From: Myxococcales bacterium | GTDB taxonomy: Bacteria; Myxococcota_A; Polyangia; Polyangiales; DASUME01 | Direction of reading: 5' to 3' | Assembly (NCBI GenBank): GCA_047601445.1 | Contig: JASGJH010000001.1 | Location: 1,600,001 to 1,664,000 of the forward strand | DNA length: 64,000 bases | Shown here: positions 52,793 to 61,564 of the stretch, piece by piece | Position numbering within the stretch: the stretch's first letter is position 1 | Layout: every line of letters begins with the position of its first letter | Notes under the pieces: model-generated | Seen by the model: the letters and a program-made list of their open reading frames with translations, nothing else | Databases searched by the model: none | Told to the model about the DNA's origin: nothing | Translations under genes and position numbers: made by a program

Positions 52793-53593
52793 ATGAACTC
52801 GACCAACTCCAGTCGTAGTCAAACGGCGCTCGTAACGGGCGCCTCCACTGGCATCGGAGTCGACCTCGCCGAGTGTTTTGCGCGCGACGGCTACGATCTG
52901 ATCCTCGTCGCACGCAGCGACGGACCGTTGCGCGAGGTGGCCAGCCGGCTCGCCAGCGCCCACGGCGTGCGCGCCGTGCCCATCGCGCAAGACCTCGCAA
53001 AAATCGGCGGCGGCAGCGAACTCGCGCGCTCCGTGGCGAGCGCGGGCTTGCAGGTCGACGTCTTGGTGAACAACGCGGGCTACGGCGACGCAGCCCCTCT
53101 CGCCGAGTCCGAACTCGACACCCAGCTCGGCATGGTGGATCTGAACATTCGCGCGCTGCTCGAGCTCACGCACCTGTACTGGCCCAGCATGCTCAAGAGC
53201 GGCCGCGGTGGCGTGCTGAATGTCGCGTCCACGGCCGCCTTCCAGCCCGGCCCCTTCATGGCCACCTACTACGCCTCCAAGGCCTTCGTGCTCTCCTTCT
53301 CGGAAGCGCTCTGGGAGGAGGCGCGTGGCACGGGTGTGCACGTGAGTTGTCTCTGCCCCGGACCCACGGTCAGCCAGTTCCGTCAGCGCGCCGGCACCGA
53401 CAAGAAGAAGCTCAGCCAGGCCGCGACCCCGATGAGCTCCGCCGAAGTCGCCGAGCTCGGCTACCAGGCCTTCAAGCACAACAAGCGCGTCGAGATCACG
53501 GGACTGCGCAACCGAGCCCTGGCCGCAGCCGTACCCTTCGTGCCTCGCAAGACGCTGCTGGGCATGGTGCGCAATCTCCAATCCCCCATCTGA
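52793..53593 (+). CDS. Short-chain dehydrogenase/reductase
   Basis: TGASTGIG, NNAG, YYASK. Confidence 0.93.
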   Translation: MNSTNSSRSQTALVTGASTGIGVDLAECFARDGYDLILVARSDGPLREVASRLASAHGVRAVPIAQDLAKIGGGSELARSVASAGLQVDVLVNNAGYGDAAPLAESELDTQLGMVDLNIRALLELTHLYWPSMLKSGRGGVLNVASTAAFQPGPFMATYYASKAFVLSFSEALWEEARGTGVHVSCLCPGPTVSQFRQRAGTDKKKLSQAATPMSSAEVAELGYQAFKHNKRVEITGLRNRALAAAVPFVPRKTLLGMVRNLQSPI

Positions 53594-53773
53594 GACCTAC
53601 TAGTGCGCTCCTTGTTTGTGGCCGGCGCTGCGGGGGCGCAGGGGCGTCGTGGCTGCCAGAGGGCGCTTTGTCGGTCGGTGGGAGCGCTTCGATGGGAGTC
53701 GGTGGCGGTTCGATGGCCGGCGCACCTGTGGGGATGAAGTTCCCCCGGTTCCGTTGACACGCAGGAGAGACCC

Positions 53774-54112
53774 ATGCGTGTTCAGAAGCAGCAGCGCTAC
53801 ACAGATGAGTTCAAGGCAGAGACGATCGCGCTGATGAAGCGAGACGACCGGACTTTCGCGCAATTGGCCGCGGATTTGGGGATAAACAAGTGGACCCTGC
53901 GGGAGTGGTACAACAGGGACCAGATGGCCAAGAAGAGCAAGCGAAAGCCGGGAGCACCTGTAGCTCCGGCTCCCTCTCAGGAGACGGCAGAGGAGAAGGC
54001 TGCGCGGCTGGAGCGTGAGAACGAGCGGCTGCGCAAGAAGGTCGAAACCCTCGAGATGGACCGCGAAATCCTAAAAAAAGCGGCAGCCTTCTTCGCGAAG
54101 GAAAGCGAATGA
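53774..54112 (+). CDS. IS3 transposase OrfA
   Basis: YTDEFK, helix-turn-helix, leucine zipper, ILKKAAAFF. Confidence 0.93.
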   Translation: MRVQKQQRYTDEFKAETIALMKRDDRTFAQLAADLGINKWTLREWYNRDQMAKKSKRKPGAPVAPAPSQETAEEKAARLERENERLRKKVETLEMDREILKKAAAFFAKESE

Positions 54113-54984
54113 GGTTCGCCTTCATCCACGCGGAGAAGGCGAACTTCCCGGTGTCAGCGCTGTGCCGGAACCTGCAGGTGACCCGGCAGGGGTACTACGC
54201 GTTCGCGAGTCGCCCGCCGAGTCCCCGTGCGGACCAGGACCGGGCCCTCTTGGAACGGGTCGGCCAGGTGCACGCGGAGAGCCGCAACGCCTACGGAAGT
54301 CCGCGAGTTCGAAAGGAACTCCGACGTCGTGGCATTCGGGTCGGCAAACGCCGGGTGGAGCGCGCCATGCGGAGCTTGGGGCTCTGCGCCCGGCCTCGTC
54401 GCCGGTTCCGTGTGACCACCGCTGCAAATCCGCGGCATCCAGTCGAGCCTAACGTGCTCAACCGCGAGTTCCGCGCCGAACGTCCCAATCAGCGCTGGGT
54501 GACGGACATCTCGTACGTCTGGACCGACGAGGGCTGGTGCTACCTCGCTGTCATCATCGACCTGTTTTCCAGGACCGTCGTGGGCTGGGCGCTGGACGCC
54601 ATGCTCTCGACCCAGCTGCCCCTCGCAGCGCTGGACATGGCGCTTCGGCGCCGTCGTCCCGACGCAGCAGGCCTGCTCCACCATTCTGACCGGGGCTGCC
54701 AGTACACGAGTCAGGAATACCGCTCTGAGCTCGCCCAGCGTGGGCTCTCGGTCAGCATGAGCCGCAAAGGCAACTGCTGGGATAACGCGGTCGCCGAGAG
54801 CTTCTTTTCAACCATCAAGGCCGAGCTAATTCATGGTCGACGTTGGGCCGGGCGCCTTGAGCTTCGGTCGGCGGTCTTCGAGTACATCGAGGTCTTCTAC
54901 AATCGGCGGAGGCTTCATTCGTCACTGGGGTATCGAACCCCAGCCGAGTTCGAGAAGGACTACACTGCGGCTCAGGCCGCCTAA
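54109..54984 (+). CDS. IS3 transposase OrfB (DDE)
   Basis: WVTDI, HSDRG, CWDNAVAESFF, YNRRRLHSSLGY; in the -1 frame relative to orfA. Confidence 0.95.
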   Translation: MRFAFIHAEKANFPVSALCRNLQVTRQGYYAFASRPPSPRADQDRALLERVGQVHAESRNAYGSPRVRKELRRRGIRVGKRRVERAMRSLGLCARPRRRFRVTTAANPRHPVEPNVLNREFRAERPNQRWVTDISYVWTDEGWCYLAVIIDLFSRTVVGWALDAMLSTQLPLAALDMALRRRRPDAAGLLHHSDRGCQYTSQEYRSELAQRGLSVSMSRKGNCWDNAVAESFFSTIKAELIHGRRWAGRLELRSAVFEYIEVFYNRRRLHSSLGYRTPAEFEKDYTAAQAA

Positions 54985-55533
54985 GCAGGTGTCAACGGAT
55001 TCGAGGGAAGCTCAGGGACGCATGTTCGACAAAGCGCGCACTCTCTTCGCCACGACGCCCCTGCGCCTCCTCGCGCGACCCGAGTTCGCAGGAGCGAACT
55101 CGGGCGGTTGGGAGAGTTGGAGGCGTTCGATTTAGCGAACGCAAAGCAGGGCGCACAGGGCGCGCTGGATGAAATCGGCGGCCGCTTTGCTTGGTGTTTT
55201 TCCCAAGTGAACGGTCGTGAGTACCAGACCATTTGTGGACTCGAGTCCACTCGAGCACAATCCAAGCCCTTTCGAGCGCAACAGCAACCAGCGAACCCGA
55301 TCACCTGACGGAACCCGATCACCTCACGGTCAACGCGCAGCCCCCCACTCTTTGCGTTCGTCGAACCAACGCCCTCACTTCTCCTCAACGTTCCCGGCCC
55401 CAGTTCGCTCCCGCGAACTGGGGTCGCGCGAGGAGGCCCAGGGACGCTATGGCGGAGCGAGCGCTTTGTCGAACATGCGTCCTCACAGGTGCGCTGAAGC
55501 TCCCCCAGTTCCGTTGACACGCAGGAGAAACTG

Positions 55534-55872
55534 ATGCGTGTTCGGAAGCACAACAAGTACACCGATGAGTTCAAGGCAGAGACGATCGCGCTGATGAAGC
55601 GGGACGACCGCAGTTTTGCCCAGTTGTCCGTGGATTTAGGCATCAGCAGCTGGACCTTGCGGGAGTGGTACAACAGAGACGAGATGGCCAAGAAGAGCAA
55701 GCGGAAGCCGGGGGTACCGGTCGCTCCGGTACCTGCTGCTGAAACGGCAGAGGAGAAGGCGGCCCGGCTGGAGCGGGAGAACGAGCGGTTACGCAAGAAG
55801 GTGGAGTCGCTCGAAATGGACCGCGAAATCCTAAAAAAAGCGGCAGCCTTCTTCGCGAAGGAAAGCGAATGA
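55534..55872 (+). CDS. IS3 transposase OrfA
   Basis: Paralog of 53774-54112 (15 of 112 aa differ). Confidence 0.93.
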   Translation: MRVRKHNKYTDEFKAETIALMKRDDRSFAQLSVDLGISSWTLREWYNRDEMAKKSKRKPGVPVAPVPAAETAEEKAARLERENERLRKKVESLEMDREILKKAAAFFAKESE

Positions 55873-56744
55873 GGTTCGCCTTCATCCACGCGGAGAAGGC
55901 GAACTTCCCGGTGTCAGCGCTGTGCCGGAACCTGCAGGTGACCCGGCAGGGGTACTACGCGTTCGCGAGTCGCCCGCCGAGTCCCCGTGCGGACCAGGAC
56001 CGGGCCCTCTTGGAACGGGTCGGCCAGGTGCACGCGGAGAGCCGCAACGCCTACGGAAGTCCGCGAGTTCGAAAGGAACTCCGACGTCGTGGCATTCGGG
56101 TCGGCAAACGCCGGGTGGAGCGCGCCATGCGGAGCTTGGGGCTCTGCGCCCGGCCTCGTCGCCGGTTCCGTGTGACCACCGCTGCAAATCCGCGGCATCC
56201 AGTCGAGCCTAACGTGCTCAACCGCGAGTTCCGCGCCGAACGTCCCAATCAGCGCTGGGTGACGGACATCTCGTACGTCTGGACCGACGAGGGCTGGTGC
56301 TACCTCGCTGTCATCATCGACCTGTTTTCCAGGACCGTCGTGGGCTGGGCTCTGGACGCCATGCTCTCGACCCAGCTGCCCCTCGCAGCGCTGGACATGG
56401 CGCTTCGGCGCCGTCGTCCCGACGCAGCAGGCCTGCTCCACCACTCTGACCGGGGCTGCCAGTACACGAGTCAGGAATACCGCTCATCGCTCGCCCAGCA
56501 CGGGCTCTCGGTCAGCATGAGCCGCAAGGGCAACTGCTGGGATAACGCGGTCGCGGAGAGCTTCTTTTCGACCATCAAGGCCGAGCTAATTCACGGCCGA
56601 CGTTGGGCCGGACGCCTTGAGCTCCGGTCCGCAGTCTTCGAGTACATCGAGGTCTTCTACAATCGGCGGAGGCTACATTCGTCACTGGGGTATCGGACCC
56701 CAGCCGAGTTCGAGAACGATTACACTGCGGCTCAGGCCGCCTAA
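55869..56744 (+). CDS. IS3 transposase OrfB (DDE)
   Basis: Paralog of 54109-54984 (3 of 291 aa differ). Confidence 0.95.
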   Translation: MRFAFIHAEKANFPVSALCRNLQVTRQGYYAFASRPPSPRADQDRALLERVGQVHAESRNAYGSPRVRKELRRRGIRVGKRRVERAMRSLGLCARPRRRFRVTTAANPRHPVEPNVLNREFRAERPNQRWVTDISYVWTDEGWCYLAVIIDLFSRTVVGWALDAMLSTQLPLAALDMALRRRRPDAAGLLHHSDRGCQYTSQEYRSSLAQHGLSVSMSRKGNCWDNAVAESFFSTIKAELIHGRRWAGRLELRSAVFEYIEVFYNRRRLHSSLGYRTPAEFENDYTAAQAA

Positions 56745-56926
56745 GCAAGTGTCAACGGATTCGAGGGAAGCCCATGCGCCGGCCATCAAACCGCCACCGA
56801 CTCCCACCCAACCGCTCCCCACGACCGACAAAGCGCCCTCGCGCAGCCATAGCGTCCCTGGGCCCCGCGGCGCCGGCCACAACCAAGGAGCCCACCAAGT
56901 AAGGGGACGTTGAGGAAAGAAAGGCG

Positions 56927-57457
56927 TCACCAGCGGAGCATGGGAAACGGATTGCCGTGGCGCAGCAGCTGCCGGATGGAGAGCTGCACCAGGCGCCCAT
57001 GAAACCCCGCATCGGGAAAAGCCGCGAACAACTCGCGGACGAAGCCGTAGCGCGTGCCAAAGCGCCAGAGTCCCAAGCTAACGTCGGTCCAGTCTGCGCG
57101 GCGAAACGGCTCCACGAGCCCTGCGTGCTGACCGCGATAGGAACGCAGCTTGTGGTGTTCGCCGATCATGGCCTCGATCTCCGGCACCCAATCGGCGCGC
57201 TGACCCGGTGTCAGGTAGCCGCGCGCCAGAGCAACCGAAGGCCCGAGGTAGTCGAAGGTACCCGCTGTCCAGATGCCAATATCGTGGAACGCGGTGGCGA
57301 TGGCGACCTTCTCGAGCTGCGCTGCGCTGCCTGCTCCTTGCGCGGCGCACAGGTTGAGCACCCGATAGGCGTGGTTGCGGTACGCCGTGAAGTCGCGGCC
57401 GAGCGCATGCGCGTGAGCATTCAGGAGTTCGTCGAGGAGCGCGACTTGAGTGAGCAT
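56927..57457 (-). CDS. HD-domain phosphohydrolase-like protein
   Basis: RNHAYRV, FHDIGIW, HHK, RADW. Confidence 0.75.
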   Translation of the reverse strand: MLTQVALLDELLNAHAHALGRDFTAYRNHAYRVLNLCAAQGAGSAAQLEKVAIATAFHDIGIWTAGTFDYLGPSVALARGYLTPGQRADWVPEIEAMIGEHHKLRSYRGQHAGLVEPFRRADWTDVSLGLWRFGTRYGFVRELFAAFPDAGFHGRLVQLSIRQLLRHGNPFPMLRW

Positions 57458-57491
57458 GGGTGGACTTCCCTGTGGGTTTGACGCGCGGCGC

Positions 57492-58448
57492 TCAAGGCGA
57501 GGCGAACACCGACTCGAGCAAGGGATTGATGATCTCCGGTCGCGTGAAGTGCATCATATGTCCGCCCTCCACTTCGCTGAAACGCACGTCTCCGCCAGCG
57601 AGCCGCATGATCTCGAAGAGGCGACGGGCATAGGCAAGACCGACCAAGGCATCCGCACGCGCGTGGATGAACCAGACGGGTACCCGCACGCGGGATGCGT
57701 ACTCGGCGACCTTGCGGCATGGATCGTCACCCGCAAGCCGCGCCATGGTTCCGAGCACATGGGGCGGCATGCCCAGGCTCTCCGCCACGACAGACGGCGA
57801 CACGGGATCGGGGGCGAAGCTGGTGCGCATGGCCGCTCGGAGCACCCAGGCTAGCGAGCGCTCCTTCAAGCCGCCCGGCGCGGCGCGAACGGCCGCCGCA
57901 TCGAGCCCTGCCGTCGCGAGATCTCGAATGGGCGCCAGCAGATTGGCCAGCGAGACCAACACACGTTCGAGCCCGGGCAAGGCGAGCACACGATAGGCAA
58001 GGTGCGCAGGCGTACCGCCGGTCCCCAGCAGCACCACGCTTCGCACGCGCTCGGGCGCCCGGGCCGCCAGCGCCAGGGCGACCATGCCTCCGTGGCTCTG
58101 GCCGATGACGTCCACCTGCTCCTCCCACCCCACGCGGTCGAGCAGCGCGAGCGCGATATCCGCGCTGCGCTCCAGGCTGTGTCGTGAGTCGGCAAAGTCG
58201 TCGCTACGCCCCAGACCCGGCTGGTCGTAGGCCAGCACGTGGGCGTGTCGGCGCAGGGCGGGCACGTTATGGATCCAGTGATCGAGATGGGATGGATTGC
58301 CGTGGATCAGCAGCACCCGTCGTGGAGCGCTGACGCCGCGCTGCGGTGCAAGCTGCGTGAAGCACAGACGCACCGGTCCCGTCGGCTCCGCGCCCACCAG
58401 CGCATGGCCCGCAGAGGAGTAGAGGCTGACGCACTGGAGCGAGGACAC
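57492..58448 (-). CDS. Alpha/beta hydrolase
   Basis: LIHGNP, DQPGLGRS, GQSHGG, GGHM. Confidence 0.88.
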   Translation of the reverse strand: MSSLQCVSLYSSAGHALVGAEPTGPVRLCFTQLAPQRGVSAPRRVLLIHGNPSHLDHWIHNVPALRRHAHVLAYDQPGLGRSDDFADSRHSLERSADIALALLDRVGWEEQVDVIGQSHGGMVALALAARAPERVRSVVLLGTGGTPAHLAYRVLALPGLERVLVSLANLLAPIRDLATAGLDAAAVRAAPGGLKERSLAWVLRAAMRTSFAPDPVSPSVVAESLGMPPHVLGTMARLAGDDPCRKVAEYASRVRVPVWFIHARADALVGLAYARRLFEIMRLAGGDVRFSEVEGGHMMHFTRPEIINPLLESVFASP

Positions 58449-58549
58449 CCGGCTACTTTACCCAGCCCATGCAGCCAGGTCACGGGCACCGTCGCCTAAA
58501 CGTCGCTTGGCGGTCGATCGATCCATCGATGCGCTCGAACCAGCCGGCC

Positions 58550-59278
58550 CTACGGACACGCCTTGCCAGAGTTGTTGCGGAGGGGCTCGACCGGGCCAGA
58601 CGCCACGCCATTTGCGATCAACTGCAGACGCAGCGCCTCGAGGTCGCATGCCGACACGGCGGTGTCCTGGATGTCCGCCCAATCCAGCTCGGTGATGTGG
58701 CCGAGCGCGCTCACGTCGTGGAGCAACGGCGCGCCGTCGAAGTGGATCATCGAGAGCGATCGCAGGTGCTCGAGCCCGCGCAGCGTTTCAAGCTTGGCCG
58801 CGTCGAAGACCTCCAGGTCGCCGTCGATGGTCTCCAGGCATCCGAGGTCCTCCAAGCTCTTTAGATCGTCGGCCGTGATGGTCACCCAGGCCGCCTTGGT
58901 ATATCCGCGTAGCTTGAGCGCGTCGGCGGCGGACTTGATCTGTGCGGTGCTAGAACCGTAGTCACCCTTGTCGCAGGCAAAGCTCGGCTTGGGCGGCTTG
59001 GGCGTATCTCCACCGGGTCCCGCGTCTCGTGGGGTCTCTCCGGCGTCGTGCGCGCCCCCAGCGTCCTGCCTACCCTTGCCGCCATCCTGAGGACCGCGGC
59101 CTGCATCTTCGTCGTCCTCTACTTCGGCGTCCCCGGTATCCGGCCCCGCGTCGAGGCCCTCGTCGCCATGCTGCGTTCGACCCGCGTCGAGTGGCCCGCG
59201 CGTCGGCGAATCGCCGCCGTCGCCGCAAGCCGCGAGTGCCAGAGTGAGCGTGATGAGTGAAAGGGTTCGCATCGACAT
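58550..59278 (-). CDS. Lipoprotein with an acidic linker and receptor-L/leucine-rich repeats
   Basis: LAAC lipobox; LKSLEDLGCLETI, LETLRGLEHLRSL, LHDVSALGHI. Confidence 0.65.
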   Translation of the reverse strand: MSMRTLSLITLTLALAACGDGGDSPTRGPLDAGRTQHGDEGLDAGPDTGDAEVEDDEDAGRGPQDGGKGRQDAGGAHDAGETPRDAGPGGDTPKPPKPSFACDKGDYGSSTAQIKSAADALKLRGYTKAAWVTITADDLKSLEDLGCLETIDGDLEVFDAAKLETLRGLEHLRSLSMIHFDGAPLLHDVSALGHITELDWADIQDTAVSACDLEALRLQLIANGVASGPVEPLRNNSGKACP

Positions 59279-59581
59279 GGACGCGATCTGGCTCACCAAA
59301 CTAGGCCCTCGCAAGGCCAGATCACCCCGAGCGACGCCTTGGCACCAACAAGAGCGGACGCCCGATCCAAGACGTGGCGAGCTCCACACGCAGGGTCCAT
59401 AGCCGCAGGCGCATGCCCCATAGCCGAAGGCCGAAAGCACAGCGTTCGAGGGCGCTCATGGCTCCCCTCGCCCGGAGGCCGAGCCGCGCCTGGAATTGAG
59501 GTGCGATTGCATGGGAGGACGCTAGCAAGCATTGCGGACAGGAACGGTCCGCAATGAAAAGGCCCTAGGACGACGTCTCGG

Positions 59582-60463
59582 TCACGCCGCTTCGCGCTCC
59601 TTGCGTGCGACGATGAACCAGGTGCTCGAAGGAAGGAACACTCCTTCCTCGCGCAAATGCGGCAGAAACAGTTCCCGCAAGCGCGCTCGAATTTCGGGTA
59701 GCAGCCGCTGCCCCTCGGCCCCCGCCTCGCGAACAATCTCCCCGGAAGGCCCCACGAGGATCTGATAGTCGATGGCCTCTTCCAACGTCGTACCCACGCA
59801 GATGTCCGCATCCACCTGCTCGAAGCGCTCCACGGTGTGAAAGCCGGCAGCCCTCAGCATCGCGCGGTCGGTCTCCTCATCGGACCACGCGAAGGGCCCC
59901 GGTCCACAGGTCTGCGCTGCGTCGCCCGGAGGCGGCAGAAACTCGCGCACCACGGCCTTCGCCGCACCCCATGCAGGATTGTGCGCCAGGGATCTCCACA
60001 CCAACAGCGCCAGCGTTCCGCCCGGCACCATGGCCCTGTGAATGTTGCGCAGCGCTCGCACGCTGCTGTCGAAGAACATCACGCCGAAGCGAGCATAGGC
60101 GAGGTCATAGTGCGCCGACCGCAGCGGATGCACCTGAGCGTCGCCGAGTTCGTAACGCACATGGCCAACCCCCGAGGCGAGGCGCTCGCGCTCCGCGATG
60201 TCGAGGAATGCCTGCGTGCAGTCCAGGCCCAAGACCTCGCCGGCAGGCCCGACCCGTTGGCCGAGTTCGAGAGTGGTCTCACCGAAGCCACAACCGAAGT
60301 CGAGCACGCGCGCCCCCGCTTTCACGGGCAGCGACGGCATGGTGAGCTCGCTATGGCGTTGGCCGTTGCCCGAGAGCAGGTGACGAAAACGGATCCATTT
60401 GGGCGTCAGGATCTCGTTCCAGCAATGGATGAACTCGGTGTTTTCTGGGGCCCAGGTGCTCAT
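59582..60463 (-). CDS. Class I SAM-dependent methyltransferase
   Basis: VLDFGCGFG, RFGVMFF, GPGPF. Confidence 0.9.
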   Translation of the reverse strand: MSTWAPENTEFIHCWNEILTPKWIRFRHLLSGNGQRHSELTMPSLPVKAGARVLDFGCGFGETTLELGQRVGPAGEVLGLDCTQAFLDIAERERLASGVGHVRYELGDAQVHPLRSAHYDLAYARFGVMFFDSSVRALRNIHRAMVPGGTLALLVWRSLAHNPAWGAAKAVVREFLPPPGDAAQTCGPGPFAWSDEETDRAMLRAAGFHTVERFEQVDADICVGTTLEEAIDYQILVGPSGEIVREAGAEGQRLLPEIRARLRELFLPHLREEGVFLPSSTWFIVARKEREAA

Positions 60464-60628
60464 TGGCTCTCCTCGCCACCCCACGTGGGCGGCTCGCTGA
60501 GAGCATGTACGCGCCCCCCGACCTCGCGTCCCTTGCCGTCCGTCCGGAACGCATACCCCATTCACCGGCAGTGACGGCGACGCTCCGAAATCGCGGCTCC
60601 TGCCCGCTTTACCGCCGGTGGCGCACGC

Positions 60629-61561
60629 CTAGCCCGGCCACGGCCCCCGCTCGGCCGACAGCTCGATGACCGCCTCACGCGCGATGTAGGGCACGTAACG
60701 GAAGTCGCGAATCAGGGCCACGCGCTCGTCGACGAGGGTGAGCTCCACGAAGTAGCCGGGCCGCATGTCCTCGGCACGCCGAAACACGGCGATGACTTCG
60801 CGTCCCTCGAGCATCGCAGGCACCATGTGCCAGTCGTGCTTGGTGGCGTAGTTGCTGGTGTAGCTCTCCACCTCGCGCCCGCTGCGGCGAGCCCTCGAGA
60901 CCAAGTCGAGCCGGACATCCTCGGCGAGCAACGCGCGCACACCTTCCCAATCGCGCGCATTGAACAGGCGCGCGTAGCGTGCGACCACAGGCGAAGGCGC
61001 AGACGGTTTGGCCGGTCCGTTCGACTCCGCTGCCTCTTGCTCCTGCCGCAGCCGTGCGCGTCCGCGATGTAAGGCGGCCTTGACCGCAGGCAGACTCAGC
61101 TCGAGCAACTCCGCGATGTCATCGAGCGAGTGACCGAGCACGTCCTTGAGGATCACCGCGCTGCGTTGGGCGGGCGGCAACTCCACGAACACCGAGATGG
61201 CTGCGTGCACGGCCTGGTCCTGCGACAGCGCTTGCTCCGGATCAGCGGCCCCATCGGCCACCGACTCGTGCACCACCTCGAGCGGCCGTCCCATGCGCCG
61301 GTCGTAGCGACGCAGATGATCGATGGCGCGGCTGTGGGCGATGCGAAACAGCCACGGACGCAGGGCCGGCAGCGACTCGAGCTCCGAGAGCCCATAGTAG
61401 GCGCGCGCAAGCGTCTCCTGCACCAGGTCCTCCCCGTCCGCCACGGAGCCCGTCATGCGCGCGCAATAGCGATGGAGCTCGGGGCGCACCTCTGCCACGA
61501 GCTCCAAGAAGCGCTCCCGTCCTTGCTGACGATCCTCGGTGAGCGAGCGGAAGTCGGTCAT
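60629..61561 (-). CDS. ECF sigma factor with a C-terminal SnoaL-like extension
   Basis: EDLVQE, WLFRIA, LPPAQR, VKAALHRGR; FNARDW C-terminal domain. Confidence 0.9.
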   Translation of the reverse strand: MTDFRSLTEDRQQGRERFLELVAEVRPELHRYCARMTGSVADGEDLVQETLARAYYGLSELESLPALRPWLFRIAHSRAIDHLRRYDRRMGRPLEVVHESVADGAADPEQALSQDQAVHAAISVFVELPPAQRSAVILKDVLGHSLDDIAELLELSLPAVKAALHRGRARLRQEQEAAESNGPAKPSAPSPVVARYARLFNARDWEGVRALLAEDVRLDLVSRARRSGREVESYTSNYATKHDWHMVPAMLEGREVIAVFRRAEDMRPGYFVELTLVDERVALIRDFRYVPYIAREAVIELSAERGPWPG

Positions 61562-61564
61562 GGT

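Larger units (their letters stand above)
53735..55014 (+). mobile_element. IS3-family insertion sequence, copy 1
   Basis: TG...CA ends; 26-bp inverted repeats (21/26); GGGA target duplication (53731-53734/55015-55018); orfA/orfB; A7 slippery site at 54073-54079. Confidence 0.95.
53604..55150 (+). repeat. ~270-bp long-hairpin element, copy A (interrupted by IS3)
   Basis: Perfect 19-bp arms 53635-53653/55049-55067; 11-bp arms 53663-53673/55027-55037; extra hairpin 55079-55104. Confidence 0.75.
55495..56774 (+). mobile_element. IS3-family insertion sequence, copy 2
   Basis: TGAAGCTCCCCCAGTTCCGTTGACAC ... GTGTCAACGGATTCGAGGGAAGCCCA; TGCGC target duplication (55490-55494/56775-56779). Confidence 0.95.
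55340..56900 (-). repeat. ~270-bp long-hairpin element, copy B (inverted; interrupted by IS3)
   Basis: Perfect 19-bp arms 55435-55453/56846-56864; 11-bp arms 55461-55471/56826-56836; hairpin 55398-55423. Confidence 0.75.

Noticed and set aside
55293..55328. Possible mini-CRISPR array
   Set aside because: Only two adjacent 18-bp units, no spacers and no cas genes.
53735..56774. Composite transposon formed by the two IS3 copies
   Set aside because: Each IS has its own target duplication (GGGA, TGCGC), the outer flanks do not match, and there is no cargo gene.
59395..59435. CCATAGCCG(C/A)AGGC direct repeat
   Set aside because: Two short units only, with no supporting context.
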